Source: an uncultured Nitrospiraceae bacterium
GTDB taxonomy: Bacteria > Nitrospirota > Nitrospiria > Nitrospirales > Nitrospiraceae
DNA: 64,000 bases
NCBI GenBank assembly: GCA_963730935.1
Contig: CAVSTP010000004.1
Coordinates: forward strand, 128,001 to 192,000
Direction of reading: 5' to 3'
Shown: one piece after another, positions 1-8,639 of the stretch
Layout of the letters: the number at the start of each line of letters is the position of its first letter
Position numbering within the stretch: position 1 is the stretch's first letter
Notes under the pieces: model-generated
Database searches by the model: none
The model's input: the letters and a program-made list of their open reading frames with translations, nothing else
Told to the model about the DNA's origin: nothing
Position numbers and translations under genes: made by a program

Positions 1-279
1 CTTGTTGGCCCGATCCAGATAGACCCCGATCAATGGGCTTAAGACAAGCGGCGGAATCGTCTGCAACAGTCCGATCATCACCATCTTCATCGCGGATCCG
101 GTCAGTTGGTAGACGAACCATAACAGGGCGACACGGTTCAGACTGTCGCCGATTTGGGACGTCATCTGACCCCAAAACAGCAAACTGAAATCCCGGGTCT
201 TCAACAGTTGCCAACCAGTTATAGGGGAAGGACTCGTGTCCTTCTTCTTTTCCTGCCTGTCACGAGTCGAGGTGGTCAT
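1..279 (-). CDS. MFS transporter (DHA3/MefA-like), 5' part only; runs off the window start
   Basis: Not in the ORF track. Manual translation from ATG at 279 gives MTTSTRDRQEKKKDTSPSPITGWQLLKTRDFSLLFWGQMTSQIGDSLNRVALLWFVYQLTGSAMKMVMIGLLQTIPPLVLSPLIGVYLDRANK, matching the N-termini of the two other MFS genes here. GAGG lies upstream. Confidence 0.85.
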   Translation of the reverse strand, partial: MTTSTRDRQEKKKDTSPSPITGWQLLKTRDFSLLFWGQMTSQIGDSLNRVALLWFVYQLTGSAMKMVMIGLLQTIPPLVLSPLIGVYLDRANK

Positions 280-494
280 GCTCTGGCCTCAATAGGAAAA
301 TATAACGAAAATATAGAATAACACAAGGACACTACTCAGGAATGCACAGACCTTGCCAGGGAATTTGCTCGCTTCCTCTTATTACTTCACTGCTGGCCTG
401 GATGCTGGGCGCGATCCAAACCAATGATCGATATTGCGCTTTTACGGAATGGAGAGGATATCCAAACATAACGCACAACCAGCTCAAATCAAGA

Positions 495-510
495 CTAGGG
501 AGATCCCCCG
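495..510. promoter_or_regulatory. Putative operator palindrome (CTAGGG-N4-CCCTAG family), degenerate copy
   Basis: CTAGGG AGAT CCCCCG in the intergenic region upstream of the MFS gene at 279. Confidence 0.45.
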
Positions 511-565
511 TTCTGGAGCCCTGCATTTTCACTCACAAAGACCATACAGGCGTAGGATTCCATGA

Positions 566-581
566 CTCGGGCTTACCCTAG
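566..581. promoter_or_regulatory. Putative operator palindrome (CTAGGG-N4-CCCTAG family)
   Basis: CTCGGG CTTA CCCTAG, 1 mismatch to consensus, intergenic. Confidence 0.55.
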
Positions 582-590
582 CACGACCCA

Positions 591-1925
591 TTAAGCCTGG
601 TCTCGGGCCAACGGCGCCTCACGTTTGGGAGGCCTGTCGGAGACGTGATTGAGATATTGCCAAGCCGAGAGGCCCGTGCTGGCCATAACGACGCCGATGC
701 TCACGACGGCAGCCGGCACACCGAATTCTCCTGTAATCCAACCGAACAGGGTAATGCCAGCCATGGCCGCCGCCATAGCACCAAGGGTATAGAACGCCAA
801 GACCCGTCCGAGCATGTGCGGTGGAGCCACTTCTTGAAGCACGCCCCACGCCACCGGAGTCAGGACCCCCAGACCGGCACCGAGGAGCATCAGTAGGACG
901 GCAGCCGACGCCGGCTGATTCGTCTTCACCAGGGCGAGGAGCACGAGGCCGCTCATGGTGCTGGCGAACGCAATCACCTTGATCCGCCGCTTGATGCTCC
1001 AAGCGCTGATGATCGTGAGCGCGACGGACACGCTGAGCAGTCCGACGCCGAGCATGGACCACAAATAGCCGACCTCCACAGGGCCAAGATCCAACAGTGT
1101 TCGGGCGAAGACAGGGAAGAGGGTGGTGAAGGCGCTCGTCGCAAAGGTATAGAGCGATGCGGTGATCGTCAAAAAAATGATGATGCGGCGACCTGTCATG
1201 ACATATCGCACACCGTCGACCATGTCGCGCCATGTCGAAGCGATAGGAGACTGAGACACGAGGCTCAAGATCGGCGGTGCAAAGCGAATGGGCACGAAAC
1301 AGGCCGCTGAAATCAGGTATGTCAACGCGTTGAGGCAGAGCACTTCCTGGGAGCTCAGGGCTGCGATGCCCAGCCCGCTTAACGCGGGACCGAAGATAAT
1401 GCCCAAGCTGGTCGTGATCTGCAGCAGCGCGTTGGCAGAGGTGTACTGCGACGGCGGAACCAACGACGGAACGGCTGCGGTCAGCGCGGGGCCGAACACC
1501 GCGGTCGCGACCGCGTGGAGCGTCACCAGAATATATAAAGAAGAAACGGTAAAGCTGTCGACGGACATCCAGCAGGGGATTAGGCCGATCACCACCGCCC
1601 GCACGAGATCAGACGTAATGAGTAGCGCCTTTTTGGGCAGACGGTCGACTGCCACGCCGATGAGAGGCGCAAGGACGATCGCGGGGGCGGTTTGCAGAAT
1701 CCCGATGATGCTGGTTTTCAGCGGCGAGCCGGTGACTGAATACACGAACCACAATAGCGCCAGCTTCGAGATCCCGTCACCGACCTGGGAGACGACCTGG
1801 CCCCACCAGACGTACGAGAAGCCGTCGCTGAGCAACCACCGTGGCTTGGCGTGCTGATGCCGGTGATGCTGGCGGGAATGCGTCGATAAGTCGCTGATGA
1901 CACGCGTGAGACGGATCCTCCACAA
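591..1925 (-). CDS. MFS transporter (DHA3/MefA-like); start codon uncertain
   Basis: About 12 hydrophobic segments, GQVVSQVGDG motif and motif A-like GVAVDRLPKK; His-rich N-terminus. Confidence 0.88.
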   Translation of the reverse strand: MWRIRLTRVISDLSTHSRQHHRHQHAKPRWLLSDGFSYVWWGQVVSQVGDGISKLALLWFVYSVTGSPLKTSIIGILQTAPAIVLAPLIGVAVDRLPKKALLITSDLVRAVVIGLIPCWMSVDSFTVSSLYILVTLHAVATAVFGPALTAAVPSLVPPSQYTSANALLQITTSLGIIFGPALSGLGIAALSSQEVLCLNALTYLISAACFVPIRFAPPILSLVSQSPIASTWRDMVDGVRYVMTGRRIIIFLTITASLYTFATSAFTTLFPVFARTLLDLGPVEVGYLWSMLGVGLLSVSVALTIISAWSIKRRIKVIAFASTMSGLVLLALVKTNQPASAAVLLMLLGAGLGVLTPVAWGVLQEVAPPHMLGRVLAFYTLGAMAAAMAGITLFGWITGEFGVPAAVVSIGVVMASTGLSAWQYLNHVSDRPPKREAPLARDQA

Positions 1926-1928
1926 ACA

Positions 1929-1995
1929 GTTGAGGCTCAGACCGGGTCACGCGGCGATGCGCGGGCTCTTCGCTCGACCCGACCTCAGCCTCAGC
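1929..1995. repeat. Imperfect 20-bp inverted repeat with CTCAGC hexamers (REP-like or RNA hairpin)
   Basis: gttgaggctcagaccgggtc (1929-1948) versus gacccgacctcagcctcagc (1976-1995): 16/20 complementary. Confidence 0.5.
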
Positions 1996-2016
1996 CTCGA
2001 CCTTGCCTCTGGTGGT

Positions 2017-2811
2017 TTATTCCTTGGCGATGAGCTGCACGCCGGCGGTGTCAACGGCGCGGACACCTGGAACCTGCCGAGCGGCCTCCGCCGCTTCAAG
2101 TGCGATGACCTGAAAGCGCGTTTTTCCGCTCAAGTACACGATACCGTTTTCGGATTTGACGTCGAACCCGACGGCCTTCAGCGTTTCGCTTCGCGACAGA
2201 CGGTCCCGCACGACGTGGGCAATGCTCTCGTCTTGCTTCTTGGCCAGCTTGTCCTTGAGCGCCGGCGTGACGGTCAATTTGCTGACCACGCTGTCGACAC
2301 CTTCGATCTTGCCCGCGATCTCGGCCACCTTGGACTTGTCCTCCTCGGTGGGGACCGATCCGCTGAGAATGGCCTTCCCTTTGTCCATCTCGACTTCAAT
2401 ATCAAGGGGAAACAATTGCGGATCGGCCATTAACGCCAATTTGATGGCGAGATTCACGGAGGTGACAGGCTTTCTGGCCGGCTCTTCCGGTTTGGATTCT
2501 TCCGCCTTTGGCTTCTCGTCCGCCGTTTTAGCCTTTTCTTCAGTCTTTGCTTTGTCGTCTTTCGCTTTCTCGTCCGCTGCTTTCGCCTTCTCTTCGGTCG
2601 GCGATTTGTCCGCTTCGGGCTTCCCGTTGCTGTCGGTCTTGGTGTCCGTCTCTTGTTTTTTCTTCGGTTCGTCCGTGTCCTGTTTTTTCTTCGGCTCGAC
2701 CGCGCGCGAGGGTTCCTTCGCTCGATCCCCGCTCGTTCCTTCCTCAGCCGCATAGCCAATGGCGCTCATGAGAGCGAACACCAGAAAACCACAGAGGGGC
2801 CATATAATCAT
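2017..2811 (-). CDS. Secreted double BON-domain (OsmY-like) protein with Lys/Glu-rich linker
   Basis: Signal peptide from ATG 2811 (MIIWPLCGFLVFALMSAIGYA). Two BON-like repeats (IEVEMDKGKAILSGSV...GVDSVVSKL; FDVKSENGIVYLSG...VPGVRAV). Confidence 0.85.
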   Translation of the reverse strand: MIIWPLCGFLVFALMSAIGYAAEEGTSGDRAKEPSRAVEPKKKQDTDEPKKKQETDTKTDSNGKPEADKSPTEEKAKAADEKAKDDKAKTEEKAKTADEKPKAEESKPEEPARKPVTSVNLAIKLALMADPQLFPLDIEVEMDKGKAILSGSVPTEEDKSKVAEIAGKIEGVDSVVSKLTVTPALKDKLAKKQDESIAHVVRDRLSRSETLKAVGFDVKSENGIVYLSGKTRFQVIALEAAEAARQVPGVRAVDTAGVQLIAKE

Positions 2812-2884
2812 CAGAAACCCGCCTTCGCCTGTCGCTTGTGCGCACCAGTGGTTGCATCTTCGCCGGTAGACTTGGTGAAACGTA

Positions 2885-2900
2885 CTGGGGATTTCCCCAG
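2885..2900. promoter_or_regulatory. Putative operator palindrome in the divergent BON/glgC promoter region
   Basis: CTGGGG ATTT CCCCAG, arms perfectly complementary. Confidence 0.6.
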
Positions 2901-3010
2901 GGGATGGTCGCCACGCTGCCGGCGTAGGCAAAGGAGTCACAGAGTTATCGGGTCGACAAGGGCAACACCTAGGTATCGTGCATTCCAAACCCTCCTAAAG
3001 TAAGGAACCA

Positions 3011-4249
3011 ATGAAGCCACAACGGGTTCTGGGAATCATCATGGCCGGAGGCAAGGGCGAACGTCTCATGCCGCTGACCGAAGTCCGCAGTAAACCTGCC
3101 GTACCCTTCGGAGGGAAATATCGCATCATCGATTTCGTGCTCAGCAACTTCGTGAATTCTGACATCACATCGTTGTACGTGCTCGTCCAATACCGATCGC
3201 AATCCTTGATCGAACACCTACGCAAGAGCTGGCAGATTGTTGGACGCTTGTCCCACAGTTTTGTGAGCGTCGTTCCGCCGCAGATGCGCACACGCGAGGG
3301 GTGGTACGAAGGGACGGCGGACGCGGTGTACCAGAACCTCAACCTCATTGATGATTGGCAACCCGACGTCATCGCCGTCTTCGGTGCCGATCATGTCTAT
3401 CGGATGGACATCCGCCAGATGCTCGAGGACCATCTCGAGCACGATGCGGACGCGACGGTGGCGGCGTTACCCGTCCCGGTCGAGGCTGCAAGCGGCTTCG
3501 GGATTCTGGAGGTCGACACACTTGGAAGGATGATCGGATTCGAGGAAAAGCCGTCCGCGCCCAAGCAGATGCCCGGCCGCCCTGGGTACGCGCTGTCCTC
3601 CATGGGCAATTACCTTTTCAAGACTGAGACGCTGGTGCCGCTCTTAAAGCGCGACGCCTCCCATCCCGGCACGCATGACTTCGGTCGCAATATCGTGCCA
3701 GAGCTGCTTGAGGAACAGCGAGTGTATGTCTACAACCTCGAGCACAACAACATCCCTGGCGTGCGCCAGTACGAAGAGAAGGGTTATTGGCGCGACGTGG
3801 GCACCCTCGAAGCCTATTGGCAGTCCAATATGGATCTGCTCGGCGAGAGTCCGCTCTTCGATTTGCGCAACCCGGCGTGGCCGATCTTCTCAAGCGAGTA
3901 TGATGGGCCCATGGCCATGCTGGTCAGGACGCGCGTCGACGAATCGATGATCGGGCATGGAACGCTGTGCGTCGACGCCGACATTCGCAAGTCGGTCATC
4001 GGCAGAGGCGTGCGCATCGAGCGCGGCGCGCAGTTAGAGGAGTGTGTCATCCTGGACAACGTGGAGATCGGAGCGCATGCGCGGCTACGCCGGGTGATCG
4101 CCGACCGGGGGAGCTCGGTTCCGGCGCACAGCCGTATTGGGTTTGACCCGGGACACGACAGCAGAAGATTTCATCTCTCCCCATCCGGTCTGGTCGTGCT
4201 GCCGCATCCCTCTTCTGTGAATGCCGACCTGTTGAGGCGCGCATCATGA
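3011..4249 (+). CDS. glgC: Glucose-1-phosphate adenylyltransferase (ADP-glucose pyrophosphorylase)
   Basis: MAGGKGERLMPLT, RSKPAVPFGGKYRIIDF, GTADAVYQN, FEEKP, YWRDVGT; C-terminal beta-helix. Confidence 0.97.
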   Translation: MKPQRVLGIIMAGGKGERLMPLTEVRSKPAVPFGGKYRIIDFVLSNFVNSDITSLYVLVQYRSQSLIEHLRKSWQIVGRLSHSFVSVVPPQMRTREGWYEGTADAVYQNLNLIDDWQPDVIAVFGADHVYRMDIRQMLEDHLEHDADATVAALPVPVEAASGFGILEVDTLGRMIGFEEKPSAPKQMPGRPGYALSSMGNYLFKTETLVPLLKRDASHPGTHDFGRNIVPELLEEQRVYVYNLEHNNIPGVRQYEEKGYWRDVGTLEAYWQSNMDLLGESPLFDLRNPAWPIFSSEYDGPMAMLVRTRVDESMIGHGTLCVDADIRKSVIGRGVRIERGAQLEECVILDNVEIGAHARLRRVIADRGSSVPAHSRIGFDPGHDSRRFHLSPSGLVVLPHPSSVNADLLRRAS

Positions 4250-7143
4250 CCGTGCCGCCGCAGCCGACGTTCCCCTTGGCCACATATCGACTACAGTTGC
4301 ACCGTGGGTTCACCTTTGCCGACGCCGCGCGGGCCGTGACCTATCTCCACACCCTCGGCATCACCGATTGTTACCTGTCTCCCATCAGCAAAGCGGCGCC
4401 AGGAAGCGATCACGGATACGACGTGATCGACCCCGTCGTGATGAATCCAGAGCTGGGAAGTGAGAAGGACTTTGAGGAATTTGTCAGGACGGTGCAGGCC
4501 CACGGGGTGGGCCTCGTCCTCGACGTCGTTCCCAATCATATGGGCATCGGCAAGTCCATGAACCGCTGGTGGCGTGATGTGCTGGAAAACGGTCCCAGCT
4601 CCAGGTACGCAACGGCGTTCGACATCGACTGGCATCCGATCAAGCGCGAACTCGAGAACAAAGTCTTACTGCCGATTCTCGGCGATCAATACGGTGCAGT
4701 CCTCGAAAATCAGGACATGGAGCTCGTATACGAGGATGGGACATTTCTGCTGCGATATGGAGACCATCGCCTTCCTTTGGCGCCGAAAACCTGGACAAGG
4801 ATCCTCGCGCACCGTCTCGAGTTGCTGGTAGCGGAAGACGACCAGGCGATGCCGGTGTTGGAGCTACAAAGCATTCTGACCGCACTCAAGAACCTGCCCG
4901 GCGTTGAGGAACGAACACCCGAACGGATCGCCGAGCATTACCGCGAAAAAGAAATCGTGAAGAAACGGCTGATGGTTTTGATGGAGGAGAGCCCCGTCAT
5001 CCGCGCATTCGTGCTCGAGAATGTGCGGATCTTCAACGGGGAGCACGGGCGGTCCGAGAGCTTCGATCTTCTCGATGCGCTGCTCAACGAACAGGCGTAC
5101 CGACTCGCCTCTTGGAAAGTGGCGTCCGAGGAAATAAATTATCGGCGATTTTTCGACATCAATGAACTCGCCGCCATCCGGATGGAAGAGGAAGCAGTGT
5201 TCCAGGAATCGCACCTGCTCCTGCTGCAGTTGGTGCGCCAGGGAATCGTCCGGGGCTGCCGCATCGATCATATCGACGGCCTGTACGATCCCGGGCGTTA
5301 TCTTCAGCAACTGCGGGAACTGACGACGTCGCAGGCGGACGGTTCACAGACGCCGCTGTTTATTGTGGTGGAGAAAATCCTCGGCAAGGATGAGCCGTTG
5401 CCGGAATCGTGGCCTGTCCAAGGGACCACGGGCTACGATTTTCTCAACCAGGTGAATGGGCTGTTCGTGGCGGGCATGAACGAAAAATTCTTCACCTCTT
5501 TCTACACCAAGATCACCGGCTGGGAAGACGACTACGCCGATCTGGTGTACGCCTGCAAGCAATTGATCATGCAGGTTTCGATGGCGAGTGAGATCAACGT
5601 GCTGGGCCACCAACTCAACGTGATCTCGGAGCGGGACCGGCGCTCGCGGGACTTTACGTTGAACAATCTCACAGACGCGATTCGGGAAATCATCGCCTGC
5701 TTCCCGGTCTATCGGACGTACGTCACCGTAGGGTCGGAAACCGTCGTCGACCGTGATCGCGCCTACATCCATATGGCCGTTGCGCGTGCGAAACGAAGGA
5801 ACCCCGCCATCAGCGGTCAGGTGTTTGATTTCATCCGGTCGATTCTCTTGAAGCAGCGCGAAACCCGCACAAAGGATGATCAGGACGAACAGCTCCGCTT
5901 CGTCATGAAATTCCAGCAAACGACGAGCCCGGTCACGGCCAAAGGTGTCGAGGACACGGCATTTTACCGGTATCACCGCCTGGCCTCGCTGAACGAGGTC
6001 GGCGGCGAGCCGGAGCAGTTTGGACTGTCGGTGGAAGAATTCCACAAACGGATGTGGGAGCGGCAGGCTCGCTGGCCTCACTCCCTGTCTGCCTCGTCCA
6101 CGCACGACACGAAACGGAGCGAAGACGTGCGCGCCCGGATCAATGTGCTGTCGGAGCTGCCGCAGGAATGGAAACTCAAAGTGAGCCGATGGAGTCGTCT
6201 GAACCGGCATCACTTCAAGAAGAACGAAGGCGAGCGGATGCCCAATCGCAATGACGAGTATCTGTTTTATCAAACTCTCGTCGGTGTGTGGCCGCTCGAA
6301 GCCTTGGGTGATGACGCGTATAAGGAATTCTCCGAGCGCATTCAGCGATACATGCAAAAGGCCGTGCACGAGGCCAAGGCCCATACCAGTTGGATAAACC
6401 CGAGCCCTGCCTACGATCACTCGGTGCAGACGTTCGTCGAAGGTGCGCTGGCGCGGACGCCGTCGAATCGCTTTCTCGAGGATTTTCTGCCTTTTCAGGA
6501 ACGCGTGGCGCGCTACGGCCTGTACAACTCCCTGAGCCAATTGGCCTTGAAAATCACCTCGCCCGGCGTGCCTGATTTTTACCAGGGCACCGAACTCTGG
6601 TCCTTCCACCTCGTTGACCCTGACAACCGCGGTCCGGTGGACTATCGCATCCGATCGGAGATGGCGGAAGAACTTCGTTCGACCATGAAGCATCTTGGAC
6701 CCGATCGTGCGGAATTCGCGCGAGGGATGTTTGAACAGGTGCATGATGCGCGGGTGAAGATGTACACGATCATGACCGGGTTGGAATATCGCCGCCTGCA
6801 TCCGGAGCTCTTTCAGCAGGGTGAATATTTGCCGTTGGAATGCGGAGGCAGCAAGAAACAGCACGTCTGCGCCTTCGCCCGCCTGTATCAGCATAAGGCG
6901 CTGATCGCGGTGGTGCCGCGGCTGGTCGCCACGCTACACCCCGACGGCAAGCATCCGCCGATGGGATCCTCGGTATGGGAAGACACTTGGATTGCGACTC
7001 CTCCCTGGCCGACGCTCGGCGAGTTTCATCACCTCTTGACCGGCGAGATCATGAACGCCGAATCCCTCAACGGTCGCAGAGTCCTCCCCCTGGCGCGAGT
7101 GCTCAACCATGCGCCGATCGCTCTCCTCGAACGACTCTCGTAA
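4246..7143 (+). CDS. treY: Malto-oligosyltrehalose synthase
   Basis: ATYRLQ, GSDHGYDV, DVVPNHMG, INYRRFFDINEL, RIDHIDGL, STHDTKRSED, PGVPDFYQG, LVDPDNR. Confidence 0.96.
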   Translation: MTVPPQPTFPLATYRLQLHRGFTFADAARAVTYLHTLGITDCYLSPISKAAPGSDHGYDVIDPVVMNPELGSEKDFEEFVRTVQAHGVGLVLDVVPNHMGIGKSMNRWWRDVLENGPSSRYATAFDIDWHPIKRELENKVLLPILGDQYGAVLENQDMELVYEDGTFLLRYGDHRLPLAPKTWTRILAHRLELLVAEDDQAMPVLELQSILTALKNLPGVEERTPERIAEHYREKEIVKKRLMVLMEESPVIRAFVLENVRIFNGEHGRSESFDLLDALLNEQAYRLASWKVASEEINYRRFFDINELAAIRMEEEAVFQESHLLLLQLVRQGIVRGCRIDHIDGLYDPGRYLQQLRELTTSQADGSQTPLFIVVEKILGKDEPLPESWPVQGTTGYDFLNQVNGLFVAGMNEKFFTSFYTKITGWEDDYADLVYACKQLIMQVSMASEINVLGHQLNVISERDRRSRDFTLNNLTDAIREIIACFPVYRTYVTVGSETVVDRDRAYIHMAVARAKRRNPAISGQVFDFIRSILLKQRETRTKDDQDEQLRFVMKFQQTTSPVTAKGVEDTAFYRYHRLASLNEVGGEPEQFGLSVEEFHKRMWERQARWPHSLSASSTHDTKRSEDVRARINVLSELPQEWKLKVSRWSRLNRHHFKKNEGERMPNRNDEYLFYQTLVGVWPLEALGDDAYKEFSERIQRYMQKAVHEAKAHTSWINPSPAYDHSVQTFVEGALARTPSNRFLEDFLPFQERVARYGLYNSLSQLALKITSPGVPDFYQGTELWSFHLVDPDNRGPVDYRIRSEMAEELRSTMKHLGPDRAEFARGMFEQVHDARVKMYTIMTGLEYRRLHPELFQQGEYLPLECGGSKKQHVCAFARLYQHKALIAVVPRLVATLHPDGKHPPMGSSVWEDTWIATPPWPTLGEFHHLLTGEIMNAESLNGRRVLPLARVLNHAPIALLERLS

Positions 7144-7175
7144 CACGCTCGAATGACACGCTCAGCGCCGTTTCT

Positions 7176-7191
7176 CTAGGGATGCTCCCAG
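7176..7191. promoter_or_regulatory. Putative operator palindrome upstream of the 7242-14192 gene run
   Basis: CTAGGG ATGC TCCCAG, intergenic. Confidence 0.55.
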
Positions 7192-7241
7192 TTGGTGACC
7201 CCCAGGTGCGTGGTATCGTCATCAGAGGAACGAACAACGAG

Positions 7242-7460
7242 ATGCCGCACCAACATCCCAGCGCAACCGGCGAGACCATGACGGGGACCACGACCGAGTC
7301 ACTTGGGCTCAACCCCGAGGACGAAACCTATGTCGATGAAACAACAGGATGGCTTGATCGCATCGAACGCATCGAATTGGTGATCAAGCGGTACCCCTGG
7401 CCAACGGTGCTCCTCGCACTGGGTGTCGGGTACGCGATCTCCCGGCGGTTGTTGAGGTAA
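7242..7460 (+). CDS. Small ElaB/YqjD (DUF883)-like membrane-anchored protein; alternative start 7278
   Basis: C-terminus IKRYPWPTVLLALGVGYAISRRLLR resembles the DUF883 anchor (P-W..hydrophobic..RR); lies immediately before a YqjE-like gene. Confidence 0.65.
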   Translation: MPHQHPSATGETMTGTTTESLGLNPEDETYVDETTGWLDRIERIELVIKRYPWPTVLLALGVGYAISRRLLR

Positions 7461-7462
7461 CC

Positions 7463-7879
7463 ATGCAGGAAACAACTCGGCAGTCCGGATTCGGGTTGAT
7501 GAGCCTTGTGAGCGGCATCCTGGACGATGCCAGAGTGCTGATGCGTCAAGAGGCGCAACTATTAAAGGATGAAGTCAAACTTGAATTATCCAAAGCCGGA
7601 CGCGCGGCTTCCGGCTTCGGCATTGGCGCAGTCTTGACGGGCATCGGGGTGCTCTTCCTCTTGCTCATGGTGGTTCACGGCCTGCACGAATGGTTCTCGT
7701 GGCCGCTGTGGGTGTGCTACGGACTGGTCGGAGCTGCCATCGCCGGAATCGGCATCACGCTGATCCTGAGGGCGCAGACCCTGGCTGGGAGCGTGCAGGC
7801 CACGCCGCGTCGAAGCCTCAAAACGATGAAGGAAAATGTCCAATGGATCAAAGAGCGCATGATGTTGAAGAGGACGTAA
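7463..7879 (+). CDS. Holin-like membrane protein (YqjE / Phage_holin_3_6-like)
   Basis: LVSGILDDARVLMRQEAQLLKDE helix, two TM segments, C-terminal PRRSLKTMKENVQWIKE. Confidence 0.8.
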   Translation: MQETTRQSGFGLMSLVSGILDDARVLMRQEAQLLKDEVKLELSKAGRAASGFGIGAVLTGIGVLFLLLMVVHGLHEWFSWPLWVCYGLVGAAIAGIGITLILRAQTLAGSVQATPRRSLKTMKENVQWIKERMMLKRT

Positions 7880-8547
7880 AAAGCATCCTACAAACCCGTC
7901 TCGCATTGGGGGATAAGATCGAGACACTCGAGCGGCAGGTCGAAGCCACCGTGGAGTCCACCAAGGCCGCAGCGTTGGATGCGCTGGACCTCGCCAGGGA
8001 TAAGGCGGCCGGCTTCATCGAACGCACGACTCACCATCTCGATCCCTCTCTGCAGGCAGGCCGGAGACCGTGGATCATGGTGGGCAGTGCCATCGCGTTG
8101 GGGTTTGTCGTGGGCCTAGTCGAGCACAGGAGGCGAAGGTCCGGCGTTTATCGCTACTATCCACCGGACGCCGATGGAGCCGATGTGATGCCTGAGGATG
8201 GAGAATCCCGTGAGCCCAGGGGTGTCTATCCGTTCTACGGCCGTGAAGAAACCCGACCATACGCCGGTCGCCGACGGTTCGACGAGCCATCGGAGGGCCC
8301 CCGGTCGCATGCGGCGATCCCAGCGATGTCGGATGGGTGGAAGCCGTTGCGCGCCTTCTGGGAAGACCTTACGGCGGAAGTCGCCCAGGAACGGGACCGG
8401 CTGCAAAACACCGTCCTTCAAGCGGGCCGTTCGTTCATTCAGGACATGATTCGGATAGCTGGACAGTCGCTGCTTGATCAGCTGAGCCGGTCCGGCGGAC
8501 CAGGAGCCGCACGCCGCTCGGAGCGACGCCCGGTCCGCTACGAGTGA
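7843..8547 (+). CDS. Hypothetical protein, DUF3618-like N-terminal coiled coil plus membrane anchor
   Basis: From ATG 7843: VEEDVKSILQTRLALGDKIETLERQV, then RRPWIMVGSAIALGFVVG; overlaps the end of the holin-like gene. Confidence 0.7.
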   Translation: MDQRAHDVEEDVKSILQTRLALGDKIETLERQVEATVESTKAAALDALDLARDKAAGFIERTTHHLDPSLQAGRRPWIMVGSAIALGFVVGLVEHRRRRSGVYRYYPPDADGADVMPEDGESREPRGVYPFYGREETRPYAGRRRFDEPSEGPRSHAAIPAMSDGWKPLRAFWEDLTAEVAQERDRLQNTVLQAGRSFIQDMIRIAGQSLLDQLSRSGGPGAARRSERRPVRYE

Positions 8548-8639
8548 TCGGTGTCGATCCACTGCGAGAGAGTCTTTCCCTTCACTGCCGCAGGGCGCTT
8601 TCTCTAACTGAATCCAGGCATCGCTTGGAAGGATAACAG

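Noticed and set aside
332..581. Short ORFs 332-532 (-) and 342-581 (+)
   Set aside because: They lie in an AT-richer intergenic region carrying two operator-like palindromes and show no coding features.
1718..1903. Alternative GTG start suggesting a frameshifted MFS N-terminus
   Set aside because: The main frame is open through the region and aligns with the paralogs from WLLSDGF onward, so no frameshift is needed. The start remains uncertain.
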